From: Piromyces finnis finn | Lineage: Eukaryota > Fungi > Neocallimastigomycota | Assembly (NCBI GenBank): GCA_002104945.1 | Contig: MCFH01000001.1 | Coordinates: forward strand, 2,480,001 to 2,544,000 | Direction: 5' to 3' | DNA: 64,000 nt | Shown here: in pieces, positions 1 through 13,032 of the stretch | Layout of the letters: every line of letters begins with the position of its first letter | Position numbering within the stretch: position 1 is the stretch's first letter | The notes under the pieces: model-generated | What the model saw: the letters and a program-made list of their open reading frames with translations, nothing else | Told to the model about the DNA's origin: nothing | The model's database searches: none | Program-made: the position numbers and the translations under genes

Positions 1-1002
1 CAATGCAAATCGGAATCTTGTTTATTTTATAAAATTTTTGATAATTCTTTAACTTGTTTAATAGGTCTATACGTAGATGACATGATTATTTCTGGCACTA
101 ATCAGGAACTTATTAGCACTATATTAAAAATTAAAAATAAATTTTCTATTTCAAAATGTGAAACTATTAATTTCATTTTAGGCATTCAGGTTGTACAGAA
201 AAACTTCAGTTACACTATTTCCCAAAAATCATATATTGAAAACATTTTATCAAAATATAATTTTAACAATATTAAAAAATCTAAAACCCCTTGTACTGGT
301 GAAAATTATGTTTCTAAGAACAATTCTTTATTCGATAAAACTATCTACAAATCGGCTATTGGTTCTTTAATTCACTTAGCTAAATGCACTCGCCCTGACA
401 TTGCTTATGCTGTTAATAATGCCGCCAGATATTGTGAAAATCCTACTGTTAGTGACTGGCATAAAATCATTAATATATTTAAATATCTCAATTTTTCTAT
501 GGAATACTCTATCACTTATGATGGATCTGGTGAATTTATTGCTTATTCTGATGCTGATTTTGGGGGAGACAAAAATGATAGAAAATCTACATCAGGCAAT
601 CTAATTTGTATGGGAAATAAACCAATCTTTTGGTCATCAAAGAAACAAAAAGTAGTTGCTCTTTCAACAGCTGAAGCGGAACTTATAAGTACTTCAGAAC
701 TAACAAGAAAAATCTTATGGCTAAGAAACATTTTTAAAGAAATTTTGAACAAAAATATAACAATAAAAATATATACAGATAATTTATCCAGCAAAAAGAT
801 AATTGAAAATGGACAATTCAACAACAATATGAAACACATAGACTTAAGAGAACACTTTATCTTTGACGCTTTTAAAAATAATAAAATAATTTTAGAATAT
901 ATAAAATCTGAAAATATGCTTGCTGATACATTAACCAAAAATACTAATGGGCCAAAAATGACTAAATTCACAAACTTAATTTTTAATAAACAAAATAAAT
1001 AA
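1..1002 (+). CDS. Copia pol polyprotein C-terminus: reverse transcriptase end + Ty1-type RNase H
   Basis: Frame is open from base 1. YVDD catalytic motif at 70-81; copia motifs YKSAIGSL, TRPDIAYAV, AYSDADFGGD..DRKSTSG, LSTAEAE, IYTDN, KHID, MLADTLTK. Confidence 0.95.
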   Translation, partial: QCKSESCLFYKIFDNSLTCLIGLYVDDMIISGTNQELISTILKIKNKFSISKCETINFILGIQVVQKNFSYTISQKSYIENILSKYNFNNIKKSKTPCTGENYVSKNNSLFDKTIYKSAIGSLIHLAKCTRPDIAYAVNNAARYCENPTVSDWHKIINIFKYLNFSMEYSITYDGSGEFIAYSDADFGGDKNDRKSTSGNLICMGNKPIFWSSKKQKVVALSTAEAELISTSELTRKILWLRNIFKEILNKNITIKIYTDNLSSKKIIENGQFNNNMKHIDLREHFIFDAFKNNKIILEYIKSENMLADTLTKNTNGPKMTKFTNLIFNKQNK

Positions 1003-1019
1003 TTAAGTTTGAGGGGAAG

Positions 1020-1293
1020 TGAAAGAATAGAATTTAGCTAGAACTTAAATTACTAATAAAAATTTATATTACTAATATTAAACTTTAATTAATAATAAAA
1101 TTATAATGTAATTACTAATGTAATGTTTCTTAGAATAATCGTAACATATAGTATTACTAATTTACATTAGCCACATACTTTAGTATAAAAAGGAATTTGT
1201 AAATGTATTATTAAAATCTTTGTAATTACCTTTATTAAATTAAATTTAATAAACATAATAAATAAACTTTATTAAACCTAAATTTACTTTTCA
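1020..1293 (+). repeat. 3' LTR of the copia element (~274 bp; right boundary tentative)
   Basis: Begins TGAAAG right after the PPT; ends ...CTTTTCA (imperfect terminal inverted repeat); internal TATAAAAAGG and AATAAA. The 5' LTR is not in the window, so the right end cannot be confirmed. Confidence 0.65.
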
Positions 1294-4200
1294 CTTATAA
1301 TTCCTAAAACCATTTCCACCAATATTTTTTCTTTAAAATAAAGTAAGTTTCACAAATTAATTATTAAATTTTCCATGATAATTAAAAAGGTTTAATTTAA
1401 AAATATTAATTTTAAAAAAGAACCATCCACATGAAGTGGATCATTTTTAAATGATAAAAATATTAAAAAAAAAAGGGAATTTCTCAACTAGAGAAATGCT
1501 GTTTATTCTTAGTTTAAAAGAGATAATCCAATATTTCATTTTCACCAACATCTCAATTTTTTTTAATAATAATAAACAAAATATTGTTTTTTTTTTAAAT
1601 TTTTTTATTATAAACTTTCTTTGAAAGAAAGATTAAAGATATAAATGATATTCCGATATAATCTTAATACTTGTAGAAGTTTTAACTTTAACTATTTATT
1701 ATTATATTTATTGTTTTATAATAATTTATATTAAGTACTAAATATTATTATTATTATTATTATTAATACGTAAATCTTTATCACTAATAATTATTTTTTA
1801 GTATTATTATTTAATAGTGTGTAACCTAGAAAATTTTATCATTTTTTAATATTAAATATTAAGAGTTGTTTAATTTAGGTTTATAATTATGTCAACTTTA
1901 TTAATATATTTTATGATAAAGAACTACTTGCGTTACATTCTTCTCAAACTACATGTATTTATACATTTACATTGTGGCTTAAACATATAATCAAATACAA
2001 TATATACAAATACGTTTTAATACATTTCAATACATTTGAATACATGTGACATAACGTTTCACATATTCTAACATTAAACAGTAGAAGCGATAATACTAAT
2101 TATATGAAAAATTTTACATATATTTTATTTATTATCTACATATATTTATGCGTAATAAAATGTTTCACACGTGTAAATATATAAAACATATTAATAAATG
2201 CTAATGTTTGAAATGTTAGTGTATTGGTAACATAATAATATAAAGTTTATTAATAAATGTTCATTTTAATATACATTTATTTAAAATAATTTTTTTATTC
2301 TTTTATTTACCAATTATATTATTTATTTATTTATTTATATGTTCATTAATATATATTTTTCAAGGTCTTTTTTGTTTCTTTGTTATTAAAATCCGAAACA
2401 AACCATTTAATTTATTTATAAATCTTAAAGTTTATTATTATAATACCAAATCTTTAGTCAATAAAGTTTCATGACGCCACCAAAAAATCTTCATTAGAAT
2501 TAATTAAACCTTATAAATAATTCAAAAAAAAAAAATATTTTTTAGTAAATTACAAAGGCAGGTTGAATTATAACAATAATAAAAATCGTTGAATAAGTAC
2601 CAATAAATCATACTGTCAAAGTTTAAATTTTTTAATATGTATTAATTAATAAATAGAGTTTAAGTATTTTGTTTTCATTATTATAATGATATTTAATAAT
2701 TATCACAATAGTAATAATAAATGAGAAAAATGAATTATTTTTTTTTTTGTCATTTTAATCAATGTTATTTATTTATTATAAGATGTTCCTATTAATTTAT
2801 TATATTTATTAAGGATTCAGGTTATGGTAAATAGAATACATTTTTTTTCAATTCCTTTCATGTGAACCAATCTCTTGGGAAGAACAATGGTAAGAATATT
2901 TATATATGTCATCAATTACAAACATTAAAATTTCAAATTTTATTAAATAATAAAATATTCTTTTTTTATATGAATGAAAATAATAACAAATCATTCTATT
3001 CATTTGTTAAAACCTAATAAATCAAGTTTAACAAATAATTTTCATTTTTAATTAGCTTAATAAGGATATATTTAAAAATTAAAATCAACGAATAAATTTT
3101 TTTTTTTTATAAATTATAATTAAAGATACTCTTGTACATTTATTTTTTGTTATAAATATTAATAATATTATGGTTTAAAATATTCATTCATTTAAATAAT
3201 GTACATTATTTTTATTTTGTACATTATTTTGTTATACATTTAATAAAAATTAAATTAAATATTAATTTAGAATAAATGAAAGTTAATGAAATTCCAATTA
3301 CTAATCCATTATAATTATGGATTTATTATATTAATGGAAAATGAAATTTTGATTTGACAATATTTTTTTTTATTTCATGCTTTTGTATTGTGCAAACCAC
3401 ATTTCTTTTTAATTTTAATAATACTAACAATAATAGTAAACTCATTTAAAAAATTAATTTATTTCTAATTTCTACTTTGTTTTATTTTTAATTTAACTTA
3501 TGAAATTATTTAAAAAAATCTCCAGTTTTTTAATATTATTTCTCAAATTTTCATTAATTTTAGATACTATTTAATTTAAATAAATTAGAAAATAATTAAT
3601 TTAATTCATATACTATACTAATTAAAATTTATTGATAAATTAAAAATAAATTAAAAATTGTGAAGATCAATTTATACATTTTTTTTTAAAAAGTACATCT
3701 ATAATAATTTGAAAAAAGTAATACTATACGATCTTAAAGATACTGCTTCGGGTGGGTTTATAAACTACATTTTAACAAGTAAAAAATAAATAAAATATTA
3801 TATAATAACATTGATGATACGTACTTTAATACAATACATATAAATTAGACATTTCTAAATAGAAAAAAAACTATCTACAAAATAATATAAAATATGCTAG
3901 ATAAACATAAAGAGAATAATAATAAACATAATAATAATAATAATAAAAAAGATCATACTAAATAAGATATACTAGATAATATTAATATAATCATTAATAA
4001 AAATATTATACACATATATATAGATAATATCAAAATATATAGATTTTTTTTTAAAAAAATTTGTAATTGACATTTTATATATATTATTTTTATAAAAAAT
4101 TATTTTTTATATTTTATATTTGATTAATAAAAAGCAATTTTATGTTTCAAATTTTATAATATTTTTTAAACATTTTTTATTTTATTATTAATTAAAATTA

Positions 4201-4575
4201 TTTTGTAAAAATTAAATGATATTAAACTTTAATATTATTATTTTTTGGTATTATTATATACCAGAAAATCATTGATTTGTTTTCTTTTTTTTTTTATTTA
4301 TATAGAAATTAATTAATTAAATCCTTTTTTTTTAAAAAAGTATAAAAGAGGATAAAAAGAACATCTTTATTTTTAACATTAACACTAATTTAAGAAAAAA
4401 AAATTATAGTTTAATAAAAAAAAAAAAAAAAGTAATATTATAGTTATTACTTTTTTAATTGTAAATAAAACATAATTATATATTTATTTTAAAAAAATCA
4501 TATAAATATTTAAAGTAATATACATAAGTTTTAAGTAAAAAAAAAAAAAAATAAAATAAATATAAAAAAGTCATT

Positions 4576-7500
4576 ATGAAGGCCTTTTTATTTTTACCTT
4601 TGTTAAGTAATTATTGTGTTTTATTATATAACATAACTTATTTTAAATACTTATTATGTAAAAATTATAAAATATTGTATTACTAAATCAAATTTTTAAT
4701 TTTTAATTTATAGTTTCAACCGTTTTAGGTGGTTTCTTAAGCGGTTTAAAGAGAGAATTTGATGAAGTAGAATTTAAAATGATTGATTTTTATTTTAGTA
4801 TGCCTACTTCAAAAGTTAATAATTTGATCAGCATGGCTCAAATTAGTAAAAATGATGTTCAAATGAAAGGTGCCAATAATATTCCAGATTTTGAATATAA
4901 AGATGCTACCGTTGTAGTTAAATGGAATGGGTAGGTTTATGATATCTTTTTAATTTATTAATTATATATATTAAAAAATGAAAGTTGATTTATATGTAAC
5001 AAAAATTAATATTTATAAATATTTGGTATATAATTATTTACATAGAAATTCTAAAACTTATGAAAAAGTTACTTTTAAAACTGGTGGTATGTACGGTCGT
5101 TCTTTTGATAAAATCGGTTACAACATTAAATTTGATAAGAAGTTTTTAGGTCGTAAAAGTTTTAAACTCAGACCAGAATCCGGTGATGCTAGTAAAATTC
5201 GTTCAAAACTTTGTTGTGATATTGCTAATCGTATTGGTTTACCATCTATTCAAGGTACCTATGCTAGACTTTACATTAATAATGAATTCTGGGGTTTATA
5301 CACATTTATGGATGCTGTCAAAACTTCTTGGATTAAAAACACTTTTGATCCAATTGAAAAGGAAGTTACTACCTTATATCAATGTAAAAGTGGTGGATTT
5401 AATTTCACTCCATCATCTACTTATGCCTGTTTTAATGCCAATGATGATTACCAACACATGAGTGAATTTAATTCATTTGTTAACGCTGCTAATAATGCTA
5501 AAAATGTTTCTGACCTCCAAAAAATTATGGATGTTGATGTTTTCTTAAAATATTTAGCTTTCGAATGGTTAATTGGATCTTTTGACCACTTCTTATGGTA
5601 TGGTCACAATTTCTATTGGTATAAGAGAGAAGGTGATGGTAAATGGGTTGTTATTTACTATGATTATGATAACACTTTTAATAATGGTATTAGTTCCACT
5701 TTATGGAATAGTAAGTATTCAAACCAAGATGGTTCTTACTTCAATCGTAATACTCAACCAGTTAACTACACTTTTGCCGATTGGGAAAAGAATATTCCAA
5801 TTCTTAAAAAGTTAGTATACCAAAACCAAACTAAATTTAAGCAAATTGTTTATGATGTTTTAGTTCAAGGTTTCAATCCAGATCTTTTAAACGCTCGTAT
5901 TAATGAAATCAAAAACTTTATTTCTCCTTATGTTAAAGAAGATTTTACTTATGTTAATGGAAAGTTACCAGGAAGAATTAATAAAGCTGGTTCTCCTTCT
6001 AGTTCTTCTTACAGTGGCTTTGAATACAATATTGAAAATAGTCTTAAGGGTTGGATTAAGAACAAATTTGATGTTGCTTGTAAAAATTATAGTTTCAACA
6101 AGAATGATATATTATATGCTTCTGCTAGATTTAATCCAAAACCATTTGATTATAGTATTGGAGCAAAACCAAAACCAACCACCACCACCACTACTACTAC
6201 TAAGGTCCAAAAAACTACAACTACAACCACTACAACTACAACCACATCTCAAAAACCAACTTCTACCGGTACAAAATATGTTATAATTAAGGATGGAAGT
6301 GGTAAAATATCTGATGATTGGGACAATTGGTCATGGGGTGTTAATAAGTTCAATTTTGATAGTCAAGGCAATATGGTTAATTATATAAATGGTGGCGTTT
6401 GGGGTGGTGTTTCTTTCAAGAATAAAAACAATGCTAAGTTGGGATCTGGTATATTATATTTCAAGGCTAGAACTAATGATACTGATGCTCTTCTTCAAGT
6501 ATTAATTCATTCTGATGATGAATACCTCAATGTTGGAAATATTGAAAATGTTTCAGCTGTAAGTATTTAAAGAAAAAAAACTTTAATGTATTAAAAGAAG
6601 CAATATTATTTTTTTATACTAATTAAAAAATATTATGCATATATTATTATAGTCTAAGATGGTAGAATATGGTGTTAAAATTGATGTTCCAGCTGACACA
6701 GTATATGATAGAATTACTATTCAAGATGGAAAAAATAAAGGACTAATTTTATGTCTTAATGATGTTTACTTTGTAGATGGTGCTAATATTCCTTCTACTA
6801 CTACTACTGTTAAAACAACAACAACAACTACTATTAAGACAACAACTACTACTACTACTGTTAAACCATCACCAACTGGTGTAACATATAATATTATTAA
6901 GAATGCTAAAGTTGATGCTTCATGGGATAACTGGTCATGGGGTGTTGAAAGCTACAGATTTAATAGTCAAGGTCAAATGGTTAATACTATCAAGGCTGGT
7001 GAATGGGGTGCTGTTTCATTCAAGAGAATTGATAGATTAGGATTAGGATCTGGTACTTTATACTTTAAGGCTAGAGTTAGTAGCAGCAGTCCTTCATCTG
7101 CTGTACAAATTTTAGTTCATGCTCTTGATGAAGATTTCATTAGTTTCGGTAATGTTGAAAATATTCCATCTAATGCATTAACTCAATACAGTGTCAATAT
7201 TAAGCTTGATGATGGTGTTAAGTTTAATAGAGTTACTATTCAAGATGCATCTAATGATGGTATTATTATATATCTTGATGATGTTTATTTTGTTGAAGGT
7301 GAAGTTGCCACTACTACTGTTAAACCAACTACTACCACCACCACTACCACTGTTAAACCAACTACTACTACTACAACAACTATTAAAACTACTACTACAA
7401 CTACTACTATCAAGACTACTACTACCACCACTACTTCTAAACCAACTTCAACAACTTCTAGTAAAAGATATGATGTTATTAAGACTGGAACTTCAAAGAT

Positions 7501-8400
7501 TGATAGTGCTTGGGAAGATTGGTCTTGGGGTCTTAAAAGCTACAGATTCAATAGTCAAGGTCAAATGGTAAGTACTATAAATGCTGGTGAATGGGGTGCT
7601 GTTTCCTTTAAGAGAACTGATAAATTGGGATTAGGATCTGGTACTTTATACTTTAAGGCTAGAGTTAGTAGCAGCAGTCCTTCATCTACTATCCAAGTTT
7701 TAATTCATACTGTTGATGAAGATTTCATTAGTTTCGGTAATGTTGAAAATATCCCATCTAATGCATTAACTCAATACAGTGTTGATATTAAACTCGATGA
7801 TGGAATTAAGTTTGATAGAATTACTCTTCAAGATTATTCTAACGAAGGTATCATTTTATACCTTAACGATGTTTACTTTGAAGAAATAATTACTTCTTCC
7901 TCAACAACTACATCAAAACCAACAACAACAACTACATCAAAACCAACAACAACTACATCAAAACCAACAACAACTACATCAAAACCAACAACAACTACAT
8001 CAAAACCAACAACAACTACATCAAAACCAACAACAACTACATCAAAACCAACAACAACTACATCAAAACCAACAACAACTACATCAAAACCAACAACAAC
8101 TACATCAAAACCAACAACAACTACATCAAAACCAACAACAACTACATCAAAACCAACAACAACTACATCAAAACCAACAAAACTACATCAAAACCAACAA
8201 CAACTACATCAAAACCAACAACAACTACTACATTAAAGCCAACTAGTACATCTAAGCCAAATGGTGAATGTAAAGAAATAACTATGGGTTATTACCCATG
8301 TGGTGGTTTAAGTTTCCCAGATGCTTCTCCATGTTGTGAAGAAGGTTTCAAATGTGAAGTCATTGATGAATATTACCACATGTGTAAATTAATCATGTAA
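4576..8400 (+). CDS. Secreted CotH-family kinase with Thr-rich linkers, three CBM29-like modules and a C-terminal CBM1-like module (4 exons, ~1169 aa; 1-nt frameshift near 8180)
   Basis: Exons 4576-4606, 4714-4930, 5046-6558, 6653-8400 with GT-AG and consistent phase. Signal peptide MKAFLFLPLLISTVLG; CotH motifs YARLYINNEFWGLY and FLKYLAFEWLIGSFDH...HNFYWY...YYDYDNTF; three ~135-aa W-D-N-W-S-W-G / GAVSFKR / DRITIQD modules; Cys pattern CGG...CC..G.KC...YYHMC at the end. Confidence 0.88.
7916..8229 (+). repeat. 21-bp coding minisatellite (AAACCAACAACAACTACATCA; KPTTTTS)n
   Basis: One 24-bp unit, 11 perfect 21-bp units (7940-8170), one 20-bp unit (8171-8190), one perfect unit, then a partial unit. 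Confidence 0.95.
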
Positions 8401-8793
8401 ATTAGACATGAATAATTAAAAGTTATTTGATCCAACTTAGAAAAACATAAAATTATACAAAATAACATTTAAAATAACTATAATTTAATATTACTATTTA
8501 TAACCTTAAAAAGTTATATTTTTATTAATTAAATATAAATATTATATTCCTTAAAAGAAATTCATTAATTTAATATCAGAAAATATATATTAATAATACA
8601 AAGTAGTAATAATAATATAAATTTAATATATAAATATATAAAATATATTTAAATAATATAAATAATATTAATTTATCAATACAATATTATGTAATTATAA
8701 ATAATTAAATATATAAATATAAATATGTAATTAAAATAAATATATAATAAGTAATTAAACTATAAATAAAAATAAAAATACCACAAAAAATAA

Positions 8794-8890
8794 AATACAT
8801 TATGCCCAATTCTTATTCATTTGTGTTTATTTAAATTTATTTTTATTTATTATAATTTTTATTAAAGTCATGATATTTACTGCCTTTAAA
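8794..8890 (+). mobile_element. Diverged relic of the LINE 3' UTR/terminus
   Basis: 8794-8835 AATACATTATGCCCAATTCTTATTCATTTGTGTTTATTTAAA matches the LINE 3' UTR (~46776-46817) with 2 mismatches; downstream ATATTTACTGCCTTTAAA resembles the terminal ATATTTGATGCCGTTAAAA. Confidence 0.7.
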
Positions 8891-8970
8891 GACTTTTTTT
8901 TTAAAGTCTAATATTAGTAATTCTTCAAATTTAAACATGGAGATTTAGTGGACACTGCACAATAATTCTT

Positions 8971-11900
8971 AGTCATAATAAATTCCAAATACTTTCAGCA
9001 AAATTCAACGATCCTAATGTTTCTACAGATGAACTTTCCAAAGAGTTTACTTCAACTGCTTTTTCAATTGCAGACAAGCTCAATATTACCTCAGCAAATA
9101 ATGTTATTAAGTCTTCATTTCATATTTCACAACAAATTTTTAATCTTCAAAAAATCAAAATGAAGTTGTATAGAAGATTTAAAAAAGAAAGAATTTATGA
9201 TATAGATGAATTTATTAAAAGAATTAAAATCTACCGTAAGCTCATCGATTACATCCACAAAAGATGTAATGAATTTAGGAAACAAGAATATCTTCATTGG
9301 ATTAAAACAGGATATGGGTATATGAAGAGTCATAATCCTAAGAAGGCCTGGAAATGGACCAAGAAAACTGCAAAAATTGGAAAAGATTCTTTCTTTTTTG
9401 CTCAACCAATTAAAAACAAAAATGGAGAATTAGTTGTTGCTACGGAAGAACAACTAGAGGTGTGGCACGACCATTTCGAAAACCTTGCATCAGATCCAAG
9501 TGGTGTAAGTCTTGATTTGGAGCATTGGTATGAAGAGTCAACGAATAAGCGTTTTTCACTTCCTATGCTTGATGAGTGGGATATCAACCAAGATATTAGT
9601 ATTGATGAAGTCAAGTCAGCTATCCTCACTACTCCAAATTATAAAACATCAGGTCCGGATGGTATTCCAATTGAATTTTACAAAGCATTAATTCCATCAA
9701 GTAATGGATTCTAATAATGCTACAGATAATAATTCTTCCGGTAATAACACTTCAGATAATGATGCTTATGGTTTAAGTTTTATTTTTAAATTATTCAACC
9801 GTATTTGGGATGGAGATTTTCCCAGCTCTTGGAATGAATCCAGTATTGTTTTTATTCCTAAGAAGGGAGATTTGGCAGATTGTGATAACTATCGAGGCAT
9901 ATTACTTATAAATAATGGTATTAAGTTGATTTCCAAAATTGTCACCACTAGAATCTCAGAATATGGTCTAAAGAATAATTTCATTAGACCTGAACAATTT
10001 GGTTTTCGAAAAAAGGAAGAAAGTATCAGTCTTTTCATTTCAATCCAAGAAATATGCCGTAGACGTCAATTAGATAATAAAGAGACATATTTGGCCTTTT
10101 TAGATCTCAGGAAAGCATACGATTCAGTTCCAATCGGTAATATTCTCCATAAATTAGATCGTTTAGGAATCCGAGGTAAGAGTTTACAATTTATCAAAAA
10201 TTTATATTTAACATCTAAGGCTAATGTCAAATTAGATGGACAATTCTCGAAATCTTTTGATGTGAAGAAAGGAGTCCGTCAAGGTTGCCCACTTTCTCCT
10301 ATTCTCTTTAATCTCTTTATTAATGATATATTTAAAGAGTGCGAAGATCTTGGAGTCAGTTTAGGTGACACTCGATGCTGTGGTGGACTTTTTGCAGATG
10401 ATATAGTTATTTGTGCTCCAACAAGAGGATGCTTAAAAAAGATGCTTAGAAGAGTTAATGAATGGGCATTGTATAATGAAATGGAATTTGGTATCCAGAA
10501 ATGTTCAACGATGGTGATTCGTCCTGAATTAATAGAAAATCAGAACAAGAGAGATCCAACATTTTACTTAGCAGGATAACCCATTCCAACTACTGATTGC
10601 TATACTTATCTTGGTGTTCCATTTGATAAGAATCTGTCCCTTAAACCAGTTATTAAAGCTCTTAATAACAAGGTTTTGAAAGGACTCTTTTCAGTCAGTA
10701 AATTCTTAAGAAATCCTAATATTCCTATTCCTTTCAAAAAGCTAGTACTTAACTCACAAGTGATTAGCAGAGTTTCATACTTTGCACCATTACTTGGATC
10801 CAACAAAGCTAGGTCTAGGATTGCTCAGAAGCATGTTAACAAAGGAATACGATGGGTTTCTGGAGTTCATAAAGCTGTATCGTTTATATCTTTATACTCT
10901 ATCTCAAAAGATTTGAATATTCCTCCATTGTCAGCCAAATGTGCGTTAGCTCAGGTTAGATGTTTTAACAAATGGAAAAACTCAAATTGTATTATCTCAT
11001 ACCTTGTCAATTACATTCCTAAATTTAGAAAATACACGTGGTGCAAATCAAGTAAGACACTTGATAAGAAATTAAAGAAACATGAAGATGTTAAAGCAGT
11101 CAAAAACTTTTATTGGAAATATCTCAAAGGGAATTCAATCAAAGCGCAATATTATGATGATAATAAATTTATTGAAACTAAAGATTTTATTAAATTATGT
11201 TATGAGTACCTAGAGTTTGCCTATGGCTTCTACTGGCTATTGAAAGCAAGAAGCGGATACAAGTTGGATGCTAGAGTTGCCAAAGCTGCCAAATTTGTTG
11301 ATCCAGTTTGTCCTAACTACTGTCCATGTTGCAAGTGTGGTGTTCAAAGTATTAAACATTGGTTATTAGATTGTCCAACATTTAGAGATATCCGTATTAA
11401 ACATTATGATTCCATAGTCCAGCTACTAAATTTTTTCAGTCAACGTAATTCCAACAGTCCTATCAACAATAATGAAAATGCTAATATCAGTAGAGATAGC
11501 AATAACATTAATAGTAATAGTAATAATAGTACTAATAACAATAACAATAGTAATAGTAACAATAGTAATAATAACAATAGTAATAATAACAATAATAGTA
11601 GTAGAAATAATAATATTAGTAATGATAGCAATAGTGAAGATAATAGTCCTAATTTAGATAGTAATTTAGTTAATGATAATAATAGTTCTAATAATCCGGT
11701 GAATATTAATGTGTATGATTATTCTAGTGTGTGCAGTAAAATATTTAAATTCCTTCTTGGGGGAAGAAGTTTTAACAATATCAATTACAATTCAAGGGAA
11801 TGGAAAAAACTTTGCAAGTGTCAGATTCAATCTGGCACTAACGAAGGAACACCATTCTTGACGGTAACCGCGGAACTTCTAACCAAAATCATGCCTTTTG

Positions 11901-12289
11901 CTATTGGCCAGCAATGGTCAATGTTCAAAAGGTTTGAAGCAACATCCAAGAGCGTCAATGCTGAAGAAACAGTAAGACAGGCCAGGAGGGCCAGCGCAAC
12001 CAATGGAGATCATAATTTTGTCCGATGATAAAATTCTTGATCTTTGGCTCGGTGTCCCATTGGAAGTCAAATACAATTATTATACTTTAGTATGATAGTG
12101 GCTTTCTTACTTTAATTAAAATTACTAGAATACATTATACCCAATTTTTATTCATTTGTGTTTATTTAATTATTTAAACATGTTTTTTTTATTTTTATTT
12201 TTATTTTTAATTTTTTATATTACATGTATTATAATTTTAATTAAATTAATAATAAAGTTTAAAAATATTTGATGCCGTTAAAAAAAAAA
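8971..12289 (+). mobile_element. 5'-truncated, disabled copy of the LINE at 41227-46968
   Basis: Colinear with 43631-46968 at mid-to-high 90s % identity in sampled lines. +1 frameshift near 9705, CAA>TAA nonsense at 10577-10579; RT motifs LDLRKAYD, GVRQGCPLSP, FADD; ends GATGCCGTT + short A tail. No clear TSD. Confidence 0.95.
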
Positions 12290-12395
12290 TATATATATAT
12301 ATAATTATATCTTACATATATATTATATTTATTTCTTATTTAATATATGAATGACATTTATTATTAATAAGGACTACCTAATATAATGTAATTTC

Positions 12396-12680
12396 ATAAA
12401 ATAAAATAAAATAAAATAAAATAAAATAAAATAAAATAAAATAAAATAAAATAAAATAAAATAAAATAAAATAAAATAAAATAAAATAAAATAAAATAAA
12501 ATAAAATAAAATAAAATAAAATAAAATAAAATAAAATAAAATAAAATAAAATAAAATAAAATAAAATAAAATAAAATAAAATAAAATAAAATAAAATAAA
12601 ATAAAATAAAATAAAATAAAATAAAATAAAATAAAATAAAATAAAATAAAATAAAATAAAATAAAATAAAATAAAATAAA
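12396..12680 (+). repeat. (ATAAA)57 pentanucleotide microsatellite
   Basis: Perfect array directly visible; it produces the spurious FYFIL ORF. Confidence 0.97.
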
Positions 12681-13032
12681 ATTACTCAAATTTTTATCAA
12701 AAAAGTTTATCTATTAATTTTACCATTATAACTTTAAAAGTTTTAAATAAAAATGTTAATTCTTTTTTTTATTATCTTAAATATTATTAAGATTAAAAAG
12801 CCAATAAAAACTTTTTTGTTTTTTATAATTTTATATACTTAAATGTATGTGATAAAAATGGAAAAAATTAAACATTTTCATAAAAAAAAAAAAAGATATA
12901 ATATTTCGGAAAAAAAAAGTTTTCTTTAAAATTTAAAAATTTTTTAATTATTTTTTTTTGAATATCAAAAAATAATGATATATTTGTTTTAACTAACTTT
13001 ATTTTCTATTTTAAAAGAAGAGAAAGAATAAG

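Larger units (their letters stand above)
1..1293 (+). mobile_element. 3' end of a Ty1/copia LTR retrotransposon (5' part lies outside the window)
   Basis: Open pol frame from base 1, then polypurine tract GAGGGGAAG (1011-1019) directly followed by a TG-start LTR. Confidence 0.93.

Noticed and set aside
401-971. ORFs 401-604 (+) and 543-971 (-)
   Set aside because: Shadow frames of the copia pol ORF
5183-7571. Short alternative-frame ORFs within the CotH gene
   Set aside because: By-products of strong codon bias; no independent coding signal
9127-11657. Small ORFs overlapping the truncated LINE, and their twins at 42726-45465
   Set aside because: Antisense or alternative frames of the LINE ORF, including low-complexity poly-L/I translations
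8971-12289. RIP-like hypermutation of the duplicated LINE
   Set aside because: One CAA>TAA change exists, but differences are sparse, include transversions, and most CpA sites are intact
12378-12689. FYFIL-repeat ORF
   Set aside because: Translation of the (ATAAA)n microsatellite
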